The notes under the pieces are model-generated. The model was not told the origin of the DNA. It ran no database searches and saw only the letters and a program-made list of their open reading frames with translations. Shown piece after piece: positions 8,970-17,730 of a stretch of DNA of 48,260 bases. This stretch comes from Hormoscilla sp. (GTDB taxonomy: Bacteria > Cyanobacteriota > Cyanobacteriia > Cyanobacteriales > Desertifilaceae). Positions within the stretch are counted from its first letter, which is position 1. Each line of letters opens with the position of its first letter. The DNA lies in NCBI GenBank assembly GCA_051439505.1, contig JBFRWI010000043.1:1-48260 (forward strand), read 5' to 3'. A program made the position numbers and the translations under genes.

Positions 8970-9965
8970 ATGACAGATTTTCCAGCAGAATATGACAGTC
9001 CCTGGAAGGAGGGACTGGAGAAATATTTCGAGCAGTTTGTCGAATATTGCTTTCCCGACATCTACGCCAAGATTGACTGGAAGCGCAAGTACGAATCGAT
9101 GGACAAAGAGTTTGAAGAAGTGGTGCGAGACGCGGAATTTGGCAAACGGCTGGCAGATAAACTTTTTAAGGTTTGGCTGCTGGATGGAACCGAGACTTGG
9201 ATCCTCATCCACGTTGAAGTTCAGAGTCAGTACGAGTCAAATATTGAAAGGCGGATATACGTTTATAACTATCGGTCTTTCGATCGCTTTGGTCAACCGG
9301 TAATTAGCTTGGTAGTATTGGGAGATGATGGTAAAAAATGGCGACCCTCATCTTACAAATACAAATTGGGTGGTTTTAAAATCAAGTTCAAATTTCCCAT
9401 CGTCAAGCTGCTGGACTACGAGGATAATTGGGAGGCTTTAGAGCAAAGTACCAACCCCTTCGCCGTGATCATAATGGCCCATCTCAAAACCAAGTCCACG
9501 AAGGACGATCTGGAACAGCGGCGGCAGTGGAAATGGACCATCGTTCGCGGACTTTACGAACGAGGCTATAATAAGGAGGACATCTTGGAGCTTTTCCGGT
9601 TAATCGATTGGATGATGACTCTACCAGAAAAGTTGCAAACTGCATTTGAACAACAACTCGAACGTTATCAGGAGGAAAACAAAATGCCTTTACTGAGTCA
9701 GATTGAAACACGGGCCATGCGAAGGGGAACGGAACTGGGGGTCCAACAGGGGGTCCAACAGGGGGTCCAACAGGGGGTATTACGAAGTGGCCGCCAATCA
9801 GTGCTGCGGGTCTTGGAAGTGCGGTTCCAGGAAGTGCCAGAGGCGATCGCCGATACGATTAATAGCATTGAACACGTGGACTTTTTGGATCGGCTTCACA
9901 TTCAAGCTGTTGTGATTCCTTCCCTTTCCGAATTTGAAAAGTTGTTAACGTCAGAGCAAAACTAA
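8970..9965 (+). CDS. Rpn-like PD-(D/E)XK nuclease family protein
   Basis: YDSPWKE, RLADKLFKV..ILIHVEVQSQ catalytic-like motif, NPFAVIIMAHL, and C-terminal G(VQQG)n repeats. Confidence 0.82.
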   Translation: MTDFPAEYDSPWKEGLEKYFEQFVEYCFPDIYAKIDWKRKYESMDKEFEEVVRDAEFGKRLADKLFKVWLLDGTETWILIHVEVQSQYESNIERRIYVYNYRSFDRFGQPVISLVVLGDDGKKWRPSSYKYKLGGFKIKFKFPIVKLLDYEDNWEALEQSTNPFAVIIMAHLKTKSTKDDLEQRRQWKWTIVRGLYERGYNKEDILELFRLIDWMMTLPEKLQTAFEQQLERYQEENKMPLLSQIETRAMRRGTELGVQQGVQQGVQQGVLRSGRQSVLRVLEVRFQEVPEAIADTINSIEHVDFLDRLHIQAVVIPSLSEFEKLLTSEQN

Positions 9966-10485
9966 AGCGCGATTTTGTGGGGGTAACTCTCCTGGGGTTG
10001 CCTCCACATCTTTTTTTTCTGGAAGTGGGCCGATCGCACTTTTTCCCTGGCGCGATAGCCTGGTGTAGAAGAGACGGGAATGCCTGATATACGATTTTTT
10101 TCACAACAGGGGGTAGGATGCAATCGCGATCGCGCTTTAATAAAGATTGTAAGAGTTGCGATCGCTCCTTTCGGGGTGCTTGTAGTTGGTTCATTTTTCC
10201 TTTAATTGGGATAGACTGAAGTTGTGGACGATCTGGTAGTTTGACCGGCGATCGCGCCGGAAACTTCGGAAAAATTAGGGAAGTATGTAGGATGGGGGAG
10301 GAGGATGTAAGTTATAATATCTGTTAGCGGACATCCCTCGCCCGCCAGTGAAGACCGCGCAACGGTGAAGGGGCGATCGCCTCTCGTACTCTTCCTGGTC
10401 AAAGGCAGTCAAAATTGCCGGGCCTTGACACTTGAGCGATTCTTATGATATAAATTTGATTAACCATAGACGAGGTCCTAAAAGA

Positions 10486-13400
10486 ATGGACAAAAAACGT
10501 ATTAAAGCATGGCTTAATTCAGTCAAGAAACTGCTAACTTGTAATTTTATACGCCACCTCGGCAGTCTGCTTGCCAACGCCCTGGGCAGAGACGAAACTC
10601 CTACTTCGGCTAATCCCTCGTCCCAAGATTATCTGCAATTCTTAAAGGAAGTATTGCAGGCAACTGCCTACAGCGATGGCAACCCTGATGACGTCTACCG
10701 TCTACTGCAAGCAAACCTTAACAAACTCGATGACAACTTGATCGCCGTCTTGCAAAACTGGGCGGAGGCGACATTTTCAGAGGTGGAATCTTTAGCGGCA
10801 GAGGGCATCGCCTTACTTATCGGCTCTTTCGGCGACCTCATCCGGCAGTTTCCTCTCGGCAACAAGGCAGCGAACGTGGAGATTAGCCTTGCCAGTTACG
10901 ATATCGTGCTGACAGTCTTCACCCGCGATAGTCACTCAGAAATTTGGGCGACTATTCAAAACAGTTTGGGCTATGCCTATCTTGACAGGATAAAAGGAGA
11001 CAGGGGCGAAAATCTGGAGTTGGCCATAGCAGCCTACCAACAGGCTTTGGAGATTTTCACTCAACAAGCTTTCCCCACCAACTCGGCAGTGACTCAGAAT
11101 AATTTGGGCAATGCCTATCTTGACAGCATAAAAGGAGACAGGGGCGAAAATCTGGAGTTGGCCATAGCAACCTGGGCAACGACTCAGAATAATTTGGGCA
11201 ATGCCTACTGGAACAGGATAAAAGGAGATAGGGGCGAAAATCTGGAGTTGGCCATAGCAGCCTTCCAACAGGCTTTGGATATTTACACTTCATCCGCTTT
11301 CCCCACCTACTGGGCAACGATTCAGAATAGTTTGGGCAATGTCTACGGTAACAGGATAAAAGGAGACAGGGGCGAAAATCTGGAGTTGGCCATAGCAGCC
11401 TTCCAACAGGCTTTGGAGATTTACACTCAAGAATCTTTCCCCACCTACTGGGCAACGATTCAGAATAATTTGGGCAATGCCTACCTTTACAGGATAAAAG
11501 GAGACAGGGGCGAAAATCTGGAGTTGGCCATAGCAGCCTACCAACTGGCTTTGCATATTTACACTCAAGAAGCTTTCCCCAACGCGATGTGCAACTTTCT
11601 ACGGAAGAACAACTGTTTGGAGTTCAAGTGGCTGAAAATGTTGTTCTCAAAACTCCCTCAATGCGGTGGACACCGAAAAGTTGCACATGGCGTTTTCCCC
11701 ACGGACTGGGCAATGACTCAGAATAATTTGGGCAATGCCTACCGGAACAGGATAAAAGGAGACAGGGACGAAAATCTGGAGTTGGCCATAGCAGCCTACC
11801 AACTGGCTTTGCAGATCCGCACTCAAGAAGCTTTCCCCACGGACTGGGCAATGACTCAGAATAATTTGGGCACTGCCTACAGTGACAGAATCAAAGGAAA
11901 CAGGGGCGAAAATCTGGAGTTGGCCATAGCAGCCTACCAACTGGCTTTGCATATTTACACTCCGGAAGCCGATCCCATTAAATGTCTGGCAACTTCCCGC
12001 AACTTAGGCAACCTCCACTTCACCGAAGGCAACTGGCAACCCGCGATCGCTGCCTACGAAAATGCCATAGCCGCAGTCGAACTCAGTCGCAGTTGGGCAA
12101 TCAACTATAAACGTCGCGAAGAGATTATAGCAGAGGCCATAGACGTTTATCAAAACCTGGTGCAAGCCTATATCAATACCAACCAGTGGGATAAAGCCAT
12201 AGAAACAGTGGAACGCAGCAAAGCCCGCAACCTAGTGGAACTCCTTGCCAAGCAGAACCTCAAGCCTAAAGGCGTTCCCCAAGAGATAAGCGCCCAGTTG
12301 GACGAACTGCAACGAAGCATTTCCTCATTGGAAAGACAGTTACAAGTAGCTATAGATCGACTATCCACAAATACGAGTGGATTAGAAGAACTGCAGCGAC
12401 AAGCGCTAGAAGAGTCACGACAACAGTTACAGCAAGAATGGCAGGACTCGCGGCAGCAGTTAGATGAGGTATTGAATCAAATCAAACCCTTCGATCCCAG
12501 TTTCAGCTTGACTCAAAATGAGGGAACCATTCGGTTTGAGGAAATTCAAAGTCTTGTTGGCGAACAAACTGCGATGATTGAGTGGTACGTCACAGATGAT
12601 TCCATCATCACTTCAATTATTACCCGCCACAGTTCGCAACCAACTATTGTTAGCTCTTCAGCAGAAGAACGAGAAGCCTTTGTTGACTGGGTAAGCAAGT
12701 ATCTGGGTGCATACAAGCAATACAAAGAAAAACGAAACGAGCAATGGAAAAACGATCTGTCCTCTGATCTTGCCGAACTTGCCGAAATTCTCAACATTGA
12801 CCAAACCCTTGCCGAGGTTGACAGCATTTTTGCTCCCCAAGGGATTAAATGCGATCGCCTCATCCTCGTTCCCCATCGTTTTCTACACCTGCTGCCACTC
12901 CATGCTATGCCCCTGGAGAAGGGCGGTTTACTGTGCGATCGCTTTGATGTCGGGTATGCCCCCAGTTGTCAATTGCTGCAACTAACTCAAACCCAACAAC
13001 GCCCTGATTTTCAACGCTTGTTTGCTATTCAAGACCCTGAAGAGAACTTAGCTTACAGCATCCTGGAAGTTGAAACCATCCGTTCGTTCTTCTCACCCGC
13101 AACAGTTTTGGCAACCAAAGCTGCCCGGGAAGAAGATGTCAAAACCCATCCAGAATTATCCCTTGCCCACTGCAATCACTTCTCCTGTCATGGAGAGTTC
13201 AACCTAGAATCTCCCCTAGAATCGGCATTGCGTTTAGCAGAAATCAAGCAGTCAGACTCGGGATCCTCAGAAGATGGATATCTCACCTTAGCAGAAATCT
13301 TTGCCCTCAACCTGACTCAATCCCGTCTGGTCACCCTCTCCGCTTGCGAAACAGGCATTGTAGATGTCAGCAAGCCCATCGATGAATATGTTAGTTTGCC

Positions 13401-13773
13401 CAGTGGCTTCTTGTTTGCCGGGAGTCCCAGCGTTGTCTGTAGTCAGTGGAAAGCAGATGATTTTTCTACATCTTTGCTGATGATGAAATTCTACGAAAAC
13501 TTGCAACTGTTTCCCCAACGAGAAAATGGAACGGTTGCCCTCGCCCTCAACCAAGCCCAGAAATGGTTGCGCAATTTAACCTGCAAAGATGGTGAAGAAT
13601 TTCTAGACTTTATCGAACCACAATGGAAGCTTGTTATTGCCAACCTACCAGAAGAAGAAGGAGAGCGAGTTACAGCCGCAATAAAAGGGGCACGCAAGCG
13701 AATGCTCAAACGTCCCCCCTATCCTTTTGCTAATCCCTACTATTGGGCAGCTTTCACTGCTACCGGATTTTAG
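10486..13773 (+). CDS. TPR-repeat CHAT (caspase-like) protease
   Basis: About seven 46-aa repeats (WA.TQNNLG.AY..RIKGDRGENLELAIAAYQ.AL), ERSKARNLVELL, and catalytic HFSCHG and LSACET. Start set at MDKKR (10486). Confidence 0.93.
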   Translation: MDKKRIKAWLNSVKKLLTCNFIRHLGSLLANALGRDETPTSANPSSQDYLQFLKEVLQATAYSDGNPDDVYRLLQANLNKLDDNLIAVLQNWAEATFSEVESLAAEGIALLIGSFGDLIRQFPLGNKAANVEISLASYDIVLTVFTRDSHSEIWATIQNSLGYAYLDRIKGDRGENLELAIAAYQQALEIFTQQAFPTNSAVTQNNLGNAYLDSIKGDRGENLELAIATWATTQNNLGNAYWNRIKGDRGENLELAIAAFQQALDIYTSSAFPTYWATIQNSLGNVYGNRIKGDRGENLELAIAAFQQALEIYTQESFPTYWATIQNNLGNAYLYRIKGDRGENLELAIAAYQLALHIYTQEAFPNAMCNFLRKNNCLEFKWLKMLFSKLPQCGGHRKVAHGVFPTDWAMTQNNLGNAYRNRIKGDRDENLELAIAAYQLALQIRTQEAFPTDWAMTQNNLGTAYSDRIKGNRGENLELAIAAYQLALHIYTPEADPIKCLATSRNLGNLHFTEGNWQPAIAAYENAIAAVELSRSWAINYKRREEIIAEAIDVYQNLVQAYINTNQWDKAIETVERSKARNLVELLAKQNLKPKGVPQEISAQLDELQRSISSLERQLQVAIDRLSTNTSGLEELQRQALEESRQQLQQEWQDSRQQLDEVLNQIKPFDPSFSLTQNEGTIRFEEIQSLVGEQTAMIEWYVTDDSIITSIITRHSSQPTIVSSSAEEREAFVDWVSKYLGAYKQYKEKRNEQWKNDLSSDLAELAEILNIDQTLAEVDSIFAPQGIKCDRLILVPHRFLHLLPLHAMPLEKGGLLCDRFDVGYAPSCQLLQLTQTQQRPDFQRLFAIQDPEENLAYSILEVETIRSFFSPATVLATKAAREEDVKTHPELSLAHCNHFSCHGEFNLESPLESALRLAEIKQSDSGSSEDGYLTLAEIFALNLTQSRLVTLSACETGIVDVSKPIDEYVSLPSGFLFAGSPSVVCSQWKADDFSTSLLMMKFYENLQLFPQRENGTVALALNQAQKWLRNLTCKDGEEFLDFIEPQWKLVIANLPEEEGERVTAAIKGARKRMLKRPPYPFANPYYWAAFTATGF
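11581..11694. mobile_element. 114 bp MITE inserted in frame in the TPR-CHAT gene
   Basis: TIRs AACGCGATGTGCAACTTT / AAAGTTGCACATGGCGTT (17/18); TTCCCC direct repeats at 11575-11580 and 11695-11700. Confidence 0.9.
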
Positions 13774-14150
13774 GATTCATCATCTGTGGCATTGCAGAAA
13801 CTCTTGACCCCAATCTTAACTATATAAATAGCTACCGGAGTTGCCAATGCCACGGGCAAATTACCAGACGCAGCCAGAGATGCAACTAAAGCAGTAACCA
13901 CTCCCGTGAGTAAATCGTCTCGAAATTCATCTTGACAAATTATATTGCGACATTGCTTGGATAAATCTTCCAACCAACTCTCTCCTCGATCTTTTTCGAT
14001 TCCCTCTTCCAAAGCGATTAGTTCAGTTGGACGCTCCAAATCTCCTTTTTTATCTTCTATCATTTTGAGCGCAGCCAAAGCCTCTGGATAATCTGCCAAT
14101 TGAGAACGAAAATTATTAATTTCCTCTGGCGTAACTACGATTTTGTTCAT
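13770..14150 (-). CDS. Small protein with C-terminal hydrophobic hairpin, convergent with the CHAT gene
   Basis: 126 aa; acidic helical N-terminus, KDRG motif, C....C pair and hydrophobic LLTGVVTALVASLAASGNLPVALATPVAIYIVKIG. Confidence 0.78.
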   Translation of the reverse strand: MNKIVVTPEEINNFRSQLADYPEALAALKMIEDKKGDLERPTELIALEEGIEKDRGESWLEDLSKQCRNIICQDEFRDDLLTGVVTALVASLAASGNLPVALATPVAIYIVKIGVKSFCNATDDES

Positions 14151-14256
14151 TGAGCAACTTTTGAGAATTCAAGTGGTCTGTTGAGATTATAGCATCCAAC
14201 TGTATAATCTTAGCATAAAAGTAAGCGACTGTAACCGCCTTCGAGTTCGAGAGTAA

Positions 14257-14307
14257 TTACCAGTAGCCCTCTGCTCTTTTTCTGCCTGTCAGCCAATAGG
14301 TAGTCAT
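14257..14307 (-). pseudogene. Orphan duplicate of the adenylate cyclase 3' end (MTTYWLTGRKRAEGYW*)
   Basis: 14278-14307 matches 15200-15229 at 29/30 nt. Confidence 0.75.
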
Positions 14308-14740
14308 GTAGCCCTGACTCGAAAGATCCCAGAAACTCGGTAAGTTAAGAGTCACCGGGTTTCTCATATCCCACAAATGTTTTTTGCGATCGGGGGGCGA
14401 TCGGGGTTTGGTAGGTGCTACAGTTGGGAAGACAGGCGCAGTCGGTGAATAGATAATTGCCCAAATATACTCCGAACAGTCACCGAACTGCATAACTCCC
14501 ATGGGATCGCCACCCGGTCCCGTTCAGACCAGAAACCGGGTTTCTGCGGAGGTTTTCCCATTCCCACCGAGATAGTCAAAAAAACCCGGTTTCTCAACTG
14601 GCACCCGATCGCCGGAGAACTCGGAAATTTTCTCAGCCCAAAACTTGCTTACCCGATTATACTATAGATAGGGGGTATGGGGCTATGTCCACCTCGGGAA
14701 CCGATAATCTGCACATGTACTACAAATTACGGCAGGTATT

Positions 14741-15010
14741 ATGACTACAGGAATAGATCTCATCAAGTCAAAGTCAAATCAGTCCATTAGTAATCTGACA
14801 GTGGCTGAGTTAGAAGCAATAATTGTCGAAATCGTCAGGAAAACTATCCGAGAGGAAAGAAGCAACAGGGAAAGCGGAAGCGCGACAGAAGATCCACCAT
14901 CAGCATTGTTATCAACTTTTGGAAGTTGGGAAGACACGCGCAGTACAGAAGAGATAATTGCGGAAATATATGCCAGTCGTACTATTAGCAGTGGTGAAAA
15001 CAACCCGTGA
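14741..15010 (+). CDS. Putative VapB-like antitoxin
   Basis: 89 aa with FGSWEDTRSTEEIIAEIYASR motif; stop overlaps (GTGA) a PIN-type start. Confidence 0.72.
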   Translation: MTTGIDLIKSKSNQSISNLTVAELEAIIVEIVRKTIREERSNRESGSATEDPPSALLSTFGSWEDTRSTEEIIAEIYASRTISSGENNP

Positions 15011-15165
15011 AATATTTACTCGATACCGATACTTACATTTATTGGCTAAACGGTCGCGACTCAGTCAGAAATAGACTGCTAGCAGTAGGATGGGTAGAAG
15101 TAGGAATCAGACTGTATGGGGAATGGGCGGAAGATGGCAAGGGGTGCATCTCACTTAGCCATTAG
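15007..15165 (+). pseudogene. vapC: Truncated VapC/PIN toxin
   Basis: GTG start, (M)KYLLDTDTYIYWLNGRDSVRNRLLAVGW..VGI is the PIN N-terminus; similarity is then lost and the frame stops at 52 aa. Confidence 0.75.
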
Positions 15166-15175
15166 CAATTAACAA

Positions 15176-17566
15176 TTAGCAATTAACAATGGGCAAGGGT
15201 TTTCTGCCTGTCAGCCAATAGGTAATCATTTCGCCCTTGCCCTTGACCGCGATCGGGCCTCGTTCTTCAAACAAAAACTTATCTTGTAAAATATCGTAAC
15301 TTGCAGCACTAACTTGAATCTTGCCCGGGAGGCCCGACGATTCCATCCGAGAAGCCACATTCACAGTATCCCCCCACAGGTCATAGATAAACTTTTTAAT
15401 GCCAATCACGCCAGCTATCACTGGTCCAGTATTAATGCCAATTCTAATTTGGAAAGGCTCCCCCAGATCGGCTTGGAACTGTTTAATTGCCTCTTGCATA
15501 TCTAGAGCCATTTGGGCGACCGACTCTGCATGGTCATCCCTCGGTATTGGCAAACCACCTGCCACCATATAAGCATCCCCAATAGTTTTAATTTTCTCCA
15601 AACCATACTTCTGGGCCAGTTTGTCAAAGGTAGAAAACATCTGATTGAGTAAATTGACCAGTTCTAGGGGAGACATGCGGGCCGAGAGGGGAGTGAAGCC
15701 AACGATATCGGAAAACAGAATCGTCGCCTCGTCGAAACTCTCAGCTAGGGAATCCTGAGAAATTTTCAACTTTTCCGCGATCGGCTTAGGCAATATATTC
15801 AATAATAGCGCCTCTGACTTTTGCTTGGCGATGCGGAGGGCCAACTCAGTCCGCTTGCGATCGGTGATATCGCGAGCGACCCAAATGACCGAATTCTCTG
15901 ACATCGGCGATATCCGGGCCGCGAACCAAGACTCCCCGGAGTCAAAGGGTACGCTGTAATCAAAAGTAATCGTCTGCTGTGTATCGACTGCCCGCTTAAT
16001 TTTCTCAGACCAATTCTCGGCAGTTTCATCCAGAAAAAATTGTTCTATAGTCTGACCGATGATATCCGATTCCGGCTCGTACAAGAGAGCCGTATTCGTC
16101 GGCAAAACTTCCATACCGCCTTCAGTATCCAGGAGGAGTACGATATCAGTCATCGCTGCAAATACTGCCCGCATTTTACTCTCAGAACTGTGCAGCTGCT
16201 CCTCCATTAACTGGCGATCGCGAATTTCCCGTTCGAGTGCTTGAGTTCTCTCTTCTACCTTCTCCTCCTGCAAGTGAGAATACTCTGCTAATTGCTCGAA
16301 GTCCGATCGCATTTTCCCAGCCATATAGTTAAAAGATTCAGCCAGAATCGCCAGTTCCTCCACCCTAGAGCCCGCCACCGATTGGTCCAGTTGCCCGCTC
16401 GCGATCGCCCGAGCAGCTTCTATTAACTGCACAATCGGCTTACTAATCCAGCGGGAAGTGATTAAACCCAGCAGAATAGCCAAGGCCAAAGCTGCCATAC
16501 ACAGCAGAATGGTAGTCCGAGTGTTGCTGTTAATTTCCTCCATGAAATCCGCCTCGGGAATCACCACCACCATCAGCCAATTCAGACCCCGATCGTCTCC
16601 GAACGGAGTCACCTGCACAAATTGCCGATCGCCATCAATCTCGAAAGTAAACTGAGCTTTAGCTTCAATCTCATTTAAGCTCTCAAACCTTGCCAGTAAA
16701 TTACCTACAGCTTCTCTGATTAAAGGTTCAACGCTGGCCCCAGCAGTCAGTCGTTTTGCTGCCGCCTCAGTTATCACAAAAGGTGGCTCAGAAGCAGAAC
16801 TAGCAACAATCTCTCCTGACTGTTCTATAATAAATACCTCTGCGGACGAACTGATTTTCAGTTTCTTGAGAAATCCACTGATTTCCGATAGAGTCAAATC
16901 TGTAGCTAGCACCCCCTGTAGTTCTCCCGTATCCTTGTATATAGGCATAACTGGAGTAATCCCCAGGGTTTGTGAGGCTGCAAACACGTAGATTGGAGAC
17001 CAAGTAGCTTTACCTGCTGCCACCGCCGCCTCGTACCAAGGTCGAGGGCGAGGATCGTACTCAAAAGAATTAATTAAATCAATTCGATTCCCCAGGCGAT
17101 CGAGCTGATATATATTTCTGTTCGGAGCTGTAGACTTGTCTTTAATTCGCAGAGTAGTTGTACCATCGGGTTCCTGTCGTACCCCAATGAATTCTCCCCG
17201 TTCATTGCCAAAGTAAATGTAAGGCACTGCCTCAGACAGTTGAATCTGATGCCAGAAGTAGCGTTCCAGTGCTGGAAAGTCCTCTAGATCTAAGTGACCC
17301 GTCTCGATCGCCACCCGGTTTATTTGCAAAAAGAGATGGGGCGTGTCTGCAAAAGTTTGGACATGCTGTTCAACGTCAGCCGCCACTTCTGCCATTAACT
17401 GGCGAACAAGTTCATTAACAGCCGCCTGCCCGTTACGCCAGGAGAGCCACCCCGTTAGCCCCACAGCACCGACTATTTGCACTACAAATGGCACTACGAG
17501 TATCAGCCGTAGCGGCAGCTTTTTTGCATCCCCCGTCAACCGATCGGTCATATTTCTACAGAACAT
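15176..17566 (-). CDS. Membrane class III adenylate/guanylate cyclase (Cache-HAMP-PAS-cyclase)
   Basis: YDPRPRPWY Cache motif, HAMP, PAS ending ARDITDRK, FSDIVGFT, KTIGDAYM and YDLWGDTVNVASRMES. Confidence 0.94.
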   Translation of the reverse strand: MFCRNMTDRLTGDAKKLPLRLILVVPFVVQIVGAVGLTGWLSWRNGQAAVNELVRQLMAEVAADVEQHVQTFADTPHLFLQINRVAIETGHLDLEDFPALERYFWHQIQLSEAVPYIYFGNERGEFIGVRQEPDGTTTLRIKDKSTAPNRNIYQLDRLGNRIDLINSFEYDPRPRPWYEAAVAAGKATWSPIYVFAASQTLGITPVMPIYKDTGELQGVLATDLTLSEISGFLKKLKISSSAEVFIIEQSGEIVASSASEPPFVITEAAAKRLTAGASVEPLIREAVGNLLARFESLNEIEAKAQFTFEIDGDRQFVQVTPFGDDRGLNWLMVVVIPEADFMEEINSNTRTTILLCMAALALAILLGLITSRWISKPIVQLIEAARAIASGQLDQSVAGSRVEELAILAESFNYMAGKMRSDFEQLAEYSHLQEEKVEERTQALEREIRDRQLMEEQLHSSESKMRAVFAAMTDIVLLLDTEGGMEVLPTNTALLYEPESDIIGQTIEQFFLDETAENWSEKIKRAVDTQQTITFDYSVPFDSGESWFAARISPMSENSVIWVARDITDRKRTELALRIAKQKSEALLLNILPKPIAEKLKISQDSLAESFDEATILFSDIVGFTPLSARMSPLELVNLLNQMFSTFDKLAQKYGLEKIKTIGDAYMVAGGLPIPRDDHAESVAQMALDMQEAIKQFQADLGEPFQIRIGINTGPVIAGVIGIKKFIYDLWGDTVNVASRMESSGLPGKIQVSAASYDILQDKFLFEERGPIAVKGKGEMITYWLTGRKPLPIVNC

Positions 17567-17730
17567 TATTTTCTGTCATCTATCCTGGGTATGATTGACA
17601 TTCTAACTTCCAAGATGCCCCCCGTATTTATTTGTCTCTTCTCTATCTCTTTTAATGCATACTCTAACATCTATAGAATGGTCGATCGGGAAAATCAACC
17701 ATTAACTATTAACCTTTAATTTGCTGGACC

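Noticed and set aside
10944..11970. Regular repeats as CRISPR or DGR template/variable regions
   Set aside because: They are coding TPR units in one frame; no reverse transcriptase, and differences are not adenine-specific.
15156..15190. Heptamer repeats ATTAGCA/ATTAACA
   Set aside because: Ordinary cyanobacterial short tandem repeats; noted only as the source of the cyclase's current C-terminus.
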